A stretch of DNA of 64,000 bases, from assembly GCA_951406725.2 (NCBI GenBank), contig OX597817.1:97278001-97342000 (forward strand), read 5' to 3'. The DNA is from Octopus vulgaris. Its lineage: Eukaryota. Both the position numbers and the translations under genes were made by a program. The notes beneath the pieces were generated by a model, which was not told the DNA's origin, did no database searches, and saw only the letters and a program-made list of their open reading frames with translations. Positions within the stretch are counted from its first letter, which is position 1. Every line of letters begins with the position of its first letter. Of the stretch, positions 38,999 through 51,582 are shown in pieces.

Positions 38999-40222
38999 CA
39001 ACACACACCTTCTCTCTCTCTCTCAGTTAATCACACATTCACTGAAGAAAGATGCGAGAAAAAATAAATAAAAAATGTACGCTGTCACTCTTTCTCTATC
39101 TCTCTCTCACACATACACACACAACACACTTTCTGTCTCGCACCTACCATCAACACATACACACGCCCATGTCCATTTCCTCTCTCTTTCACTTTATGCT
39201 TACTTCAAACAAAATGTACATTTCCACTCACAAAAATAAATAAATAAAATTTTTTTATGGAATTTACTGAACGCCGTAAGGTAACAGCTGAGCTGCGCGC
39301 ACACACCTTCAAGTTAAAACAAAAGATTGCCAAAAATGTCTAGGCTATTGCCAAAATTTCTAAATAATATTAAAATTTAAAAAAAATTTTAATGATATAA
39401 TTGCATTAATTAATACAGATGACGTAATTAAACTAATTGCAAATTAGCAGTGTCGTTGATAATTTTTTCCTTACCTCAATGATGCTGGTGACATATATTA
39501 AAAATCCCTTATAGAACTATATTCATAAAAAGTGTAGAACTATATTATCACCCTCGAATTTGAGAAACAAACACTCATAACCTTTTTCTTTTAAAACTTC
39601 ATTCCATGAGACTGATACCATGAAATTCTTCGAATTGAGCTCATCATTTAAGCTTAATTAAAATATAGTTTGTTTTTAAAATAAAAAAGTTAATCATATT
39701 TAAATCCAATTTTTTGCCTTACTTATATTTCTTCATGATATTTTACCTCACAACTTTTTTTATACAAATTTTTGCTGCATGGGATCAAAACTATGAAATT
39801 CTTAATGCTTTCTTCTATCAGTGAAGCTAAGATAAATATATTTTGCTTTTAAAATGAAAAAGTTATTTAAATCTAATCTTGATTGGAGGCGTTACTTACT
39901 CTCCTATAACGTTGCTATAAATTTTGATGTAAACTTGACCAAATTTCAATCTTTGACGCCAAAATGTATTTAGGGACTAGTCCTCTTAAAAAATGTTAAC
40001 AGTTTTCAATTTGGTTAAGAACTGAATTAGCGACAAAGCTTTGAAGATGCTGCGTGTGGATAAATTGTGGTCGAAAGAATATTATTCAACTAATACTGTA
40101 GTTGAATGATGAATTAAGGATGTTTTTAAAAGATACTATATTCTATCATCAGAATATATATATTTTCTCACACAAGAATTAAGATATATTTATCTTAAAT
40201 CACTTTTTTGGAGAGAGAAAAC

Positions 40223-40281
<59 letters not shown>

Positions 40282-40425
40282 CTCTCACAAAAAATGAAAC
40301 CCAAGCGTGTTTGGGCGCGAAAGAGTTTTGTGTTTTTTCTAAAATTCTGGTATAAAGCTGAAAATATTTAATGAAGAAAAAAGTGCGTACTTTGTTGGTA
40401 TTAATCCATGATTTGACAGCAAAGA
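35615..40425 (-). mobile_element. Merlin (IS1016/IS1595-like) DNA transposon with long imperfect TIRs
   Basis: Left end GGAATCTTTGCTGTCAAAT... is mirrored by ...ATTTGACAGCAAAGA over about 140 bp. A DDE transposase remnant lies inside. The right terminus and TSD are damaged. Confidence 0.8.
36340..37360 (-). pseudogene. Merlin transposase (Zn ribbon plus IS1595-type DDE domain), frameshifted
   Basis: CLRC..WQC..CGYSVS..GSFL; VEVDKT..RLKYGRGR..WLFGGTER..FVVPL..RDKATLVPLIQSYIKPDSVIYSDSWTAYNDL..GYQHYVVNHSENF; YLHQYLARYLF. Confidence 0.9.
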
Positions 40426-40671
40426 AGTAAGTAGTAATTTGTCGGTGAATTTTTACCTGTCTACTTATACATATATATATATATTATATAAAAGGGCTTA
40501 GTAAAATAAATTACTTTGCCGCATACTGAACTCATTAGAAATAGCAGCTAAAAAACTTTTTTAAAGCTATTTCTAATACTTAAAGAAAATCTCTCTCATA
40601 TAGTGTTTGTTTAACTCAACTCACAAAAGTTTGGGGGTAAGGACATCAAAAAATCAAATGCAACGGTTATT

Positions 40672-40723
40672 TGAGAACGTACGTTTCAAGATTAGTCAAT
40701 ACGACACTTCTATCATCAGCTCA
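40672..40723 (-). ncRNA. Type I hammerhead ribozyme motif, unit 1
   Basis: tgag-CTGATGA-tagaagtgtcgtattgactaatctt-GAAAC-GTAC-GTT-ctca. Intact core, stem I tgag/ctca, palindromic stem III, GUU cleavage triplet. Confidence 0.72.
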
Positions 40724-41231
40724 GAAACTCCTTGGTTTGGATTTGAAAACACTGAAAGTAAGAACATACCCTTTCGGCTTCTCATCGCTTTCGAAGATCT
40801 GTTCGTAACTAACAGTGCCAACAAACTCAAATATGCAAGCGAAGAATTTCTGTTCTCCCCTTTCCACCAGCGTGGGTTAAAATCATCAAACACTATGCTT
40901 ATTTCGGTAAAATCCGAAGCATTAATTAGAGGGAGATTAATTATAATTTCAATAATTGAGGGTAAAATTAATTAATTATTAATCAATTTCACCAAGTGTT
41001 CAGTATGCAAAGGGACCATTTAAGGCGAATTCAAATTATTACATTATATAAAAGGGCTTAGTAAAATAAATTACTTTGCCGCATACTGAACTCATTAGAA
41101 ATAGCAGCTAAAAAACTTTTTTAAAGCTATTTCTAATACTTAAAGAAAATCTCTCTCATATAGTGTTTGTTTAACTCAACTCACAAAAGTTTGGGGGTAA
41201 GGACATCAAAAAATCAAATGCAAAGGTTATT

Positions 41232-41283
41232 TGAGAACGTACGTTTCAAGATTAGTCAATACGACACTTCTATCATCAGCTCA
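41232..41283 (-). ncRNA. Type I hammerhead ribozyme motif, unit 2
   Basis: Identical to unit 1, offset by 560 bp. Confidence 0.72.
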
Positions 41284-41673
41284 GAAACTCCTTGGTTTGG
41301 ATTTGAAAACACTGAAAGTAAGAACATACCCTTTCGGCTTCTCATCGCTTTCGAAGATCTGTTCGTAACTAACAGTGCCAACAAACTCAAATATGCAAGC
41401 GAAGAATTTCTGTTCTCCCCTTTCCACCAGCGTGGGTTAAAATCATCAAACACTATGCTTATTTCGGTAAAATCCGAAGCATTAATTAGAGGGAGATTAA
41501 TTATAATTTCAACAATTGAGGGTAAAATTAATTAATTATTAATCAATTTCACCAAGTGTTCAGTATGCATATATATATATATATAGTTAATCCAAACATG
41601 AAAACACAACAACGCGAGAACGTGGAAAAAATTTAGTATTATTGGACGCTCAGGAAGGAAGGAAAGAAGGAGG

Positions 41674-41708
41674 GTTTAACATTTCGAGCGAAGCTCTTCG
41701 TAAGAAAC
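41674..41708 (-). ncRNA. Degenerate minimal hammerhead motif in a dispersed repeat
   Basis: gttt-CTTACGA-a-GAGC-ttc-GCTC-GAAAT-GTT-aaac. Confidence 0.5.
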
Positions 41709-42044
41709 ATAGGAAAAGGAAAGATCCAGAGAAGGGAAGACAGAGGAAAAAAAATCGTCAACGGCACACACGCGGTCACGAAAATGGAGGAACAAATTCA
41801 TTTTCTTATTTGTATTATGAATTTACGGTAAAATATTTTACCTTCACCCATCCAATACAATAAATGAATTTAGTATGTATTTAGTATTTGGGTGCTTCAC
41901 CAGCAGTATATTGGATAACTGATATCCTGATATCCCATAGTGGGTTACCCTCATAACCCCTATCTTACTTTGTACTATATATATATATATATATCGAAAA
42001 AAGTCAAGGTAGAAAATGCTAAAATAATTTTATAAAAAACATTT

Positions 42045-42080
42045 CAGTACCGGTTTCGATCATTGAGACTTTTTCAACTG
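42045..42080 (-). ncRNA. Minimal hammerhead motif, U3-A8 variant
   Basis: cag-TTGAAAA-agtc-tcaat-gatc-GAAAC-CG-GTA-ctg. Stem I cag/ctg and palindromic ACCGGT stem III. Confidence 0.55.
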
Positions 42081-42319
42081 TAAGTATGGAAAACAATTAA
42101 AGTTTGGAAAAATTAAATGAAAAGTATTTTAAAAGAATATTTGCATAATATTTTCCTTGTCTCTGCCTGTCTCTGTCTCTCTTGTGCATACATTACGACT
42201 TCAGAAAAAATATTTTCAACATAAAATACACACAATATGAACGTGAACATATTAATCCACATTTTCTATTTATTTAATAACGAACCATGTAATCCGCACT
42301 ATGGAAAACGTTTTTTGGG

Positions 42320-42710
42320 GAGTGGTGGGGTGAAATTTCCAAGTGTTCCACTCTCCACCCCGTTTTCCGGACCAAAGAAGGGTTTTGTGGCATATTAGGA
42401 GGTCACCGTAATTCATTCAACGAAAAAAGTATCCTATGATTCCAGGATAGGGGGTCCGGTTTCCCACCCCATCTTTTTTCCGAACAAAAATAAAGGGTTT
42501 GCTGCATATTATTAATGAAAATCGCGCGGGTGTACTTCCCAGTGGGAGTGGAGGAGGTGAAATTTCCGAGGATTCCACTCCGTTTTCTGGACCAAAAAAA
42601 AGCATTTTGTGGTATATTAGGAGGTCACCGTAATTCATTCAACGAAAAAAAAAAAAAATTCCAATGATTCCAGTATAGGAGGGGGTCCGGTTTGCCTTCA
42701 CCCCTTTTTC
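42320..42710. repeat. Degenerate direct repeats (period about 220 bp)
   Basis: ccgtttt..ggaccaaa...atattaggaggtcaccgtaattcattcaacgaaaaaa at about 42360 and 42580. Confidence 0.75.
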
Positions 42711-42879
42711 CGATTCCACTTGATTCCACGCAAAAAATCCGAGTTTTTTTTCTTAGTGAAAATCATGCGGGTCAAAGTATCGAAATTTATTCAAATTTTG
42801 AAAGAACGACAATAGGTCATCTAGCAATTCATTGTTGAACATTGGAATTAGCGTGATATTTGTCAATTTATTTATTTTA

Positions 42880-43085
42880 CTAAAATTCTCTAAAAATATT
42901 GGTTTTAAATTTTGGCAGAAGCCCAACAATTTCGAAGGAGGGGGTAAGTCGATAACATCGGACTCAGTACTCAACTGGTACTTATTTTATCGACCCCGAA
43001 AGGATGAAAGGCGAAGTGAACCTCAGTGGAATTTGTACTCAGAACGTGAAGATGAAATGTCGCCAACTATTTTCCCTGGCGTAAA
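42880..43085 (-). mobile_element. SINE family 2
   Basis: Reverse complement of acgttctgagt.caaattcc..gaggt..ac.t.gcctttcatcctttcggggtcgataaaataagtaccagtt. Confidence 0.75.
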
Positions 43086-43093
43086 CAAGTCCA

Positions 43094-43505
43094 GGCGCAG
43101 GAGTGGCTATGTGGTAAGTAGCTTGCTTACCAACCACATGGTTCCAGGTTCAGTCCCACTGCGTGGCACCTTGGGCAAGTGTCTTCTACTATAGCCTCGG
43201 GCCGACCAAAACCTTGTGAGTGGATTTGGTAGATGGAAACTGAAAGAAGCCCGTCGTATATATGTATATAGAAATATGTGTGTGTTTGTGTGTCTGTGTT
43301 TGTCCCCACAACATCGCTTGTCAGCTGATGCTGGTGTGTTTACGTCACTGTAACTTAGCGGTTCGGCAAAAGAGACCGATAGAATAAGTACTAGGCTTAC
43401 AAAGAATAAGTCCTGGGGATCGATTTCCTCGACTAAATGCGGTGCTCCAGCATGGCCGCAGTCAAATGACTGAAACAAGTAAAAGAGTAAAAGAGTAAAC
43501 GAGTA
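43094..43505 (+). mobile_element. Full-length tRNA-derived SINE family 1
   Basis: A box tggctatgtgg, B box ggttcagtccc, ccttgggcaagt segment, internal (TA/TG) tract, LINE-like tail ending (gtaaaaga)n. Confidence 0.9.
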
Positions 43506-43708
43506 AGTCCATTCTCTAGAACAAGGTAGCAGTCCATGAAAAGTTCTTAAAATAAATGTTTAAGTGAAGTTAACGTTCTTTGTGTATTTCCGAATGGTTA
43601 ACTGGTGTCTTCCACGAAGCAACTGCTTTAATTTCAGCACACGATCTCAGATCAAAACAATTCCTATGCAAGTACATCTCTCCCCACTCCCACACACATG
43701 AATAAATA

Positions 43709-43762
<54 letters not shown>

Positions 43763-44002
43763 GTATGCAGGTCTGGGTTTGCTCCCGGACATGGAGCGTA
43801 AATGTTATGATTATAGTCGAAATGTCTCACAACGAATCATTTACTTTAAAATCAAATTTACCTATTTGTCACTCCAGAAAATAGCTTCATACTGAACTAG
43901 GAACTAGCATATTTTGATATGTGTACTTTAATACTTTATGAAAATTTCGAAGGGTATATTAGTTTAACCCCTTCCTTTTTCGATAGTCATATTTAAAGAC
44001 CT

Positions 44003-44220
44003 TAAGGCAGCGAGCTAGCAGAATCGTTAGCACGCAGGGCAAAATGCTTAGCGACATTTCATCCGTCTTTACGTTCTGAGTTCAAGTTTCGCTGGAGTCG
44101 ACTTTGCCTTTCATCCTTTCGGCGTCGATAAAATAAATACCAGTTGAACACTGAGGTTAGTGTTATCGACTTACCTCTCCCTCGAAGTTGCTAACCTTGT
44201 GCCAAAATTTGAAGTCAATA
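44003..44220 (+). mobile_element. SINE family 2, near full-length
   Basis: aaggcagcgagctagcagaatcgttagcacg...acgttctgagttcaa...gcctttcatcctttcgg.gtcgataaaataa. Confidence 0.8.
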
Positions 44221-44519
44221 TTTAAACACCTTAACATAGAGATATGATATATACGTCTGTATGTATATATGTGCATGCATATCTTTCTTAATTATGTCAT
44301 TTCTGCTTTCCCTGAAGGATGTAGTTTCTAATAAAGTAAAACGACACTATCGCTGGAATTTCAATAACAATTTGGATATCGATAGGCGTTACATGATGAA
44401 CTAAAGGAAAGCCTTGTAAATTTTTGCTATTTAGCTTGTAAAATGTACTTGCGAACAACCTATTTGTTGATGACTTTATTTGCCTGAAGTACTTGCTCTT
44501 TGAGATTGTTAACATTTGC

Positions 44520-44930
44520 TAACGGTAAGAAGCTTACTTCTCAATCACATGGTTCCGGGTTCAGTCCCACTGCGTGGCACCTTGGACAAGTGTCTTCTAT
44601 TATAGCCTTGGGCTGACCAAAACCTTGTGAGTGGATTTGGTAGACAGAAACTGAAAGGATCCCGTCATATATATATATATATATATATATAAATAATATT
44701 TATGTGTGTGTGTGTCTGTGTCAGCGCCTCCCCCGCTATCGCTTGACAACCGATGCTGGTGTGTTTATGTCCCCGTAACTTAGCGGTTCGGCAAAAGAGC
44801 CCGATAGAATAAGTACTAGGCTTACAAAGAGTAAGTCCTGGGGTCGATTTGCTCGACTAAAACCCTTTATGGCAATGCTCCAGCATGGCCACAGTCAAAT
44901 GACTGAAACAAGTAAAAGAATAAAAAAATA
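44520..44930 (+). mobile_element. SINE family 1
   Basis: Collinear with 43094-43505. Confidence 0.88.
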
Positions 44931-46160
44931 AACGAATACCATAATGCACCAAGAATTATGGGTATAAATATAAATTTATAATCAGTCTAAAGATGCTACA
45001 TGTCTTGAAGCAGTTATCTACAAATATTCTCTTTAGAAGAGATGTTCATCAATGTCGGGTTGTTTACCAGTATGAATGCAAAAGTAAGTTTTTCTTGTGC
45101 AAATAATTGTATCAGATCTTTTACGTTTGCATTTTCGCAGCTGAGTTGAAATTTTGCTTACACTGGAAATAGATTAGGGATTTCTGCAATAAAATAAATA
45201 CTACTAGGAAATAACTCGGCCTAAAAATTGAATGGGTAACTCTGTTGACTATCATTCCAATAAAGAAATTTAAATTTATAAATTAAACAACAAAATTGTG
45301 ATAGATATATGTTTTATTTATTTTTTTAATTATTTTTTCAGTATCACGATTATTGAAATTATCAAAATAAATTAACAGTTCTTCATCCGTACTGTCGTTT
45401 CTGCAATAAAATAAATTTGCAAGAAATTAATATATTTATCGGATTGGGTATACACAGTGAATTTCAAATTTTAAAAAGTTAGTATATCTAAGTACAATAT
45501 AAAATTTAAATTTCAAAAAGTGTACATTAGATTAAATGTCACATGATTATACAACAAAGTATTAAAAATTCATCAGAGCCTCAGATTTTAAAGCCCAGTT
45601 CACACACTCATAAACTATATACAGTGTCACTCATATCCTGAAACGTGACACTGTATATAGGATATTTTACAAATATATCTCCAAATGGTCCATATTACTA
45701 TTTAAACAGTTGAATATATATACATAAACATGAATATTTGTAACATTAAGAGCAATGTCGTGCAAAACATGTATTAGCGATTTGACATAAGTGAAAATTT
45801 GGCATAAATGAAAATTGAAAGTGAACTATTTACTTCCATGTATATTATTAAATGTATGCATTTATAAGAAAAAAAAACTTAGAAGACAACAATTGCTTTC
45901 TTCGAGACATTTCTAAAACATTAAAATGAACAAGTTCGATTGATGATTGAAAAGTGATCTCTAGTGCCATTTGGTTCATTGCATGAATCCAGTAGTTTGA
46001 TAACATTCCAGTTTGTATGCTAAATACCATCTAATTGCTGGATGATTATTTTCTGTTTAATATGAGAAATAAAATAGGGGTTACAAAGGGTAAAGAATGA
46101 ATTAAATTTGTTACGTTAGGGATAGTGAAACACTAACAAAACATTAATAAAACACTTTAC

Positions 46161-48325
46161 TCCCCAGACTATAACAATCATATTTGGTACACTTGACCTT
46201 CCCATTTGAACAGTCACAAAAATTGCATTTATCATGAGTCATGAACATTTCTCCATCTTCCTAAGATTTTCCATAATACTGGCATGTCGGGGGACAATAC
46301 TTTTTAGTACAAGCTACTTAACCAAACTGTCCACATCTACAAGTATTGCAGCCATCTTTGAATGTTTCACCGACAGAATAAGATTTTCCTTTGTATATGT
46401 AGGGCTTACTGCATAAATTTTGTTCACAATCCACTCTTCCATCGGAGGTGCACTGACATTTGTTGCAATCATTATACCATACAGAACCAATTTCATAAAG
46501 CTTACCGTTGTAATTACAGGAACAATGAATTTTTTGCAGCTAACCTCACCATTATATTGACAAGTACAAGTATTGCAGACATCTTTGAATTGAGCTCCGA
46601 AATCATAAACTCTATTTTTGTAAGTGCAAGTACATGTATTTGTCGTGCAGTCTACGCTACCATCGGCTTTGCAAGTGCATGTATTATAGCCATTTTTAAA
46701 TGTTGTACCAATTTGGTAGGTGTTTCTATATATTCTTAGAACACTGTACTATACCGCTCGGTAAACATTCACACTGATTACAATCTTCATGAAATTTACT
46801 GTTAATGTGATAAATTTGTCCTTTACATGTGCATTTACATGGCTTGCCTGTACAATCAACTTCTCCATTGTATAGACATTTACAAGTATTGTAATCATCG
46901 TTAAATACTGCTCCGATATAATAAACCATATTTTTGTAAGCACAAGTACACAGATTTGTTGTGCAGTCTACAGTACCATTACTGTGCACGTATTACAATC
47001 CTTTTTAAATGTAATACCTATTTTGTAGGTGTTTCCATTGTAAATACAGTTACATGGGTTACTAGTACAGCTTACTTTACCGTTCTCTTCACGCGTACAT
47101 GTATTACAACCCTGTTTAAATGATTGACCTACACTATATATCTGGTTGTTATAAGTACATTTACAAACGTTCGTAGAACGTATCCAATTGATAAACATTG
47201 GCATTGGTTGCAATCTTCCGAAAATTTATCAGCAATTCGATAAGTTTGTCCTTTATGTGTACATCCACATGGTTTATTTGTGCACTCAACTTGTCCGTTA
47301 TGTTCACATTTAAAAGTATTGCAATCATCATTAAATTGTGCTCCGAAATTATAAACTCTTTTATTGTAAGTGCAGGTACATTGATTTGTGGTACAATCTA
47401 CAGTACCATCGGCTTTGCATGTGCACGTATTACAGTCCTTTCCAAATGTATTACCTATTTCGTAGGTGTTTCCATTGTAAATACAGATACATGGTTTATT
47501 TGTACAGCTTACTCTACCGTTCACTTCACACGTACATGTATTACAACCCTGTCTAAATGATTGACCTACATTATAAAGTTGGTTGTTGTAAGTACATTTG
47601 CAAACGTTGGTAGAACATTGAACGTAGCCAGTTGATAAACATTGGCATTGGTTGCAATCTTCCGAAAATTTATCAGCAATTCGATAAGTTTGTCCTTTAT
47701 GTGTACATCCACATGGTTTATTTGTGCACTCAGCTTGTCCGTTATGTTCACATTTACAAGTGTTTCAATCATCGTTGAATTGTGCTCCAAAATCATAAAT
47801 CCTTAATTTTTTAAGTACAGGCACATCTATTTGTTGTGCAGCCTACAGTACCATAAGCTTTGCATGTGCACGTATTACAATCCTTTCTACATGTAGTACC
47901 TATTTGGTAGGTGTTTCCATTGTATGTACATTTACATGGTTTGTTAGAGCACTGCACAATACCGCTTCTTAAGCATTCACATTGGTTACAGTCATTACTA
48001 AATCTTTGTCCAACTCGATAAGTCTGTCCTTGGTAAGTACATTGACAGATTTTCTTTGTACATTCTAACTGACCGTTGCCTCTACAATAGCAAGTGTTAC
48101 AATCCCCTTCAAATTTCTGGCCCACAATTAATACTTTTCCTCTGAAGTAACACTTACAAATGTTCTTTGTACATTTAACCTGACCGTTACTTAAACATTC
48201 GCATGTATTGCAATCATCAGTGAAAGTTTGGCCGTTTTGATATCGTACATTTTTATAATAACATCCGCATCTATCGCTGTTACACTGTTCCTGTAGTTTG
48301 ACAAGTGCAAGTCTTACAGCCATCT
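46161..48325 (-). pseudogene. Large exon encoding about 20 tandem six-Cys pacifastin-like / short VWC-like repeats; disrupted
   Basis: 37-aa unit C-x-Y-x-G-x2-Y-x2-G-x2-F-x2-DCN-x-C-x-C-x3-G-x-V-x-C-T-x3-C in ORFs 47811-48323, 47129-47524, 46968-47213 and 46726-46989. Stops, frameshifts and lost cysteines. Candidate donor GGGA|gtaaag at 46161. Confidence 0.82.
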
Positions 48326-48334
48326 GTAACTTTT

Positions 48335-49290
48335 GTTAGAGACTGTGAACAATAGAGTGCAACCCCTCCACTCCTATTATATGAAACCTATAGCTTCAAA
48401 ATATGTTGTTCACAAGAACTCAGCTTTGTCACACAACATGAAAATTAATATACTGATAGCAGACTTAGGATAATGAACAACGTGTCCCCACTATGCGAAA
48501 CCTATGAAATGAAAAAAACATATACAGAACTGCATGCACCGCATGCAGTTCTCTGGATATGATAAGAAAGATAGGGTTCCAGTATACAGGGGTGCTAGTA
48601 AGAAATTAGATAACATTATACGTAATGATACAAGTGGTACTTGCCCTAGATATAGAAACAAAGACTGGAATAGGATACAAAGAACTTGTGACAAAGCAAA
48701 TTGGGCGAACATGTGGTATAAAACCGAAGAATATCAAAGAGTGATGTTTATAGAGGCCACAGCCCATAGAACTAGCCCGTAGATTTAGGAAAGCTCTGAA
48801 GAAAACCAAAATCAACATTAAGATTGTTGAAAAGCCAGGGAACTCCATCAGTTCACAACTATGTAGGACGTACCCCTTTGAGAATACCATATGCATCAAT
48901 GATAACTGCATGACATGTAGGATTAGCCCTGGCATTAACTGTAGAACTCGAAATGTAGTTTACACCATAAGATGCATAAAAGGTGCTTGTAAAGACATGA
49001 ACATGACATACATAGGAGGGACATCTAGGAGCATTGCGGAACAACTAAATGAAAATTCGAGACAATATGACGACAAAAAGCAGTCCTCCGTACTCTACCA
49101 GCATACAAAGGACCAACATGAAGGTAACCTGGGTCAACTTGACATCTGCATCTTATCCAAGCACCCAAAGAACACTCAGACAAATACGGGAGTAAGTCCT
49201 CATAAATGAAGCTTCCCCTATACTAAATAGGAAATATACATAGCAGATATCATATTCCCATACATACAGTTTACATAGGTAGAGTAGAAT
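48335..49290 (+). mobile_element. Penelope-like element 3' part (RT C-terminus plus GIY-YIG)
   Basis: YMKPIAS..VHKNSALS..MKINILI; MQFSGY; C..CMTC..NCRTRNVVYTIRC..C..YIGGTSRS..SVLYQH..DQH. Confidence 0.82.
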
Positions 49291-49406
49291 AGTTAGTGTG
49301 CTATTATGTAGATGTATGTATGTATGTATGTATGTATGTATGTATGTATGTATGTATGTATGTATGTATGTATGTATGTATATGTGTGTGTGTGTGTGTG
49401 TGGGTG

Positions 49407-49456
<50 letters not shown>

Positions 49457-49501
49457 TATATGTTGATAGATGTATGTATGTGTGTTTGGATAGGTGTATG
49501 A

Positions 49502-49533
<32 letters not shown>

Positions 49534-50076
49534 ACATGTATGTCAGCATATGGATATGAATGTAAACAGATCAACATACAGACGGAGAGTTACATAGCTT
49601 ATATGAACAAACAAGCACACATACGTAAATGAAGACTGAAACATTACCATATATACACACACACTTTATTTCACACAAGGACACATATGGAAATACACGT
49701 CCACACATATAGAGATACACATCCATACATACAAATAGGGTACATAGTTGCAAAACACACACACACACACACACTCAGACATGCACACACAAGGAGACAG
49801 AGGTACACACAAACATATACAAACACACACACACACACACATACATAAAAACACACAAACATGGCCTCGCAAACACATGGATATGCAGTATACATACATA
49901 CAAATGTATACACATAAATAGATACATATGCACACACACACATACACGCATACTAACACATGCGTACATACATACATGCATGAATGTATAGGCACACACA
50001 CACACACACACACTGATCCACTCTCATACGCACAAACAAACAAAAAAGAACGCAGTGCGCGTAACGGACAGTAAAA

Positions 50077-50114
50077 ACTATTGAAAAGGTTACAAGACGC
50101 AACGAAAATTTTAC
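50077..50114 (+). ncRNA. Minimal hammerhead motif, U3-A8 variant (same family as 10379-10416)
   Basis: acta-TTGAAAA-g-gttac-aagac-gcaac-GAAA-ATTT-taca. Confidence 0.5.
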
Positions 50115-50293
50115 AAAAATAAAAAAAGAAAGAACTGGAAATTTTACCGGTGAGTGTGTTAAATAATAAGGCACCAAAAGCACTGTTAAATTATAAGGCA
50201 CCCAAGCACAAGAGAATATACTTTATTTATTTATGTGAAAATATGTGAACATGCACATATACGTGTATGTATTATGCATGTGCATGTGTATAT

Positions 50294-50360
<67 letters not shown>

Positions 50361-50485
50361 TATTTATTTGTATGTTACATGCTTTTATACATCATATATC
50401 ATATATCATATTAGCGCTTTCGTCCATCTAGTGGAGTCGTCAAATTTCTTCTAATATAAAATACCTGTACATCATCTCCAAACCT

Positions 50486-50596
<111 letters not shown>

Positions 50597-50604
50597 TTTA
50601 TTAT

Positions 50605-51286
50605 CTTATTTTATGAGTCTGAGGCCATGCTGGTGCACTGCCTTTCCTGCATCCGAGGGTTTTTCCAGTATTGCTTCTGGTGAAGTAGCGAGTTGGATGT
50701 TGCAGCTCTTCTTTGTGCCTCCTGCGGCGGCATGGTGGGTTCATCCGGTATTGCAGATAAAAAACTGTCTAGACGTTTTTTGAAGACTTCCATATCTACA
50801 TCTTACAGATCCTTGATGTTCTCAGGTAGGGCATTAAAAATTTGTGATCCCTTGAATCCCAAGCTATTACAATATTGGGTTCGTATCCTCGATGAAGATG
50901 GGACCTTTGGTACTGTGCAGTACCGTCCAGTTCGGGGATTGTTGTAGATTTCTATTCCGAAAATTGGAGCTAGACCCTCCATTATTTTCCATATGGAAAA
51001 AGTAGAGTGCGAGTTCCTTCAACCTCTCCCAGTAGCCCATGTGTTTTGCTGAGTCTGTCTTCTTTGTGTAGTGGCATTGGATCGCCACTAGTTCTCACAA
51101 TTAATTTTACACTCTGTGGGGACCACAGTTGGGAGCAGTAGACCAGACGACTGATTACAAAGGTTCTCCAAAACAGAAGCATTGTCTCTGTTCATGGTCC
51201 TGAAGGATATAAAGATCCAATCTGCCACCCACCTGCATAGTGTTGCTATCTGAACAATGTGCACATGGAAAGTTGCATCGTTGCTC

Positions 51287-51288
<2 letters not shown>
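50605..51288 (-). mobile_element. CR1-like LINE 3' fragment
   Basis: MSNDATFHVHI; FVISRLVYCSQLWSP; YWERLKEL; FKKRLDSFLSAIPDEP..RAATSNSL. Confidence 0.85.
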
Positions 51289-51319
<31 letters not shown>

Positions 51320-51447
51320 TGTATGTATGTATGTATGTATGTATGTATATAACGGGAAGCTTACGAAAATAAACAAAAGACGAAGGTAGGTGGAGTACAA
51401 ACAAACAATTGTATTAGTGTGGCGCTCAAGAATAGAAATAAAACAAG

Positions 51448-51485
51448 TCTTTTACGTTTCGAGCCTACGCTCTTCAACAGAAAGA
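51448..51485 (-). ncRNA. Minimal hammerhead motif in a dispersed repeat
   Basis: tcttt-CTGTTGA-a-GAGC-gtag-GCTC-GAAAC-GTA-aaaga. Perfect stems I and II; A6 is replaced by U. Confidence 0.55.
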
Positions 51486-51529
51486 TACACAGAAAAGAAA
51501 CACGGAGAGAAACAAATACATACATACAC

Positions 51530-51530
51530 G

Positions 51531-51582
<52 letters not shown>

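Larger units (their letters stand above)
40483..41569 (-). repeat. 560-bp tandem repeat (1.94 units), each unit with a hammerhead ribozyme motif; retrozyme-like or PLE terminal-repeat dimer
   Basis: Units 40483-41042 and 41043-41569; I see two substitutions between them. Flanked by (TA)n on both sides. Confidence 0.9.

Noticed and set aside
40607-41535. Duplicated 122-aa ORFs as a protein-coding gene pair
   Set aside because: TTG starts and no recognisable motif. The identity is explained by the recent tandem duplication, and the opposite strand carries the ribozyme motif.
43094-43170. tRNA gene
   Set aside because: The A and B boxes belong to a multi-copy SINE head; I see no complete cloverleaf or terminator.
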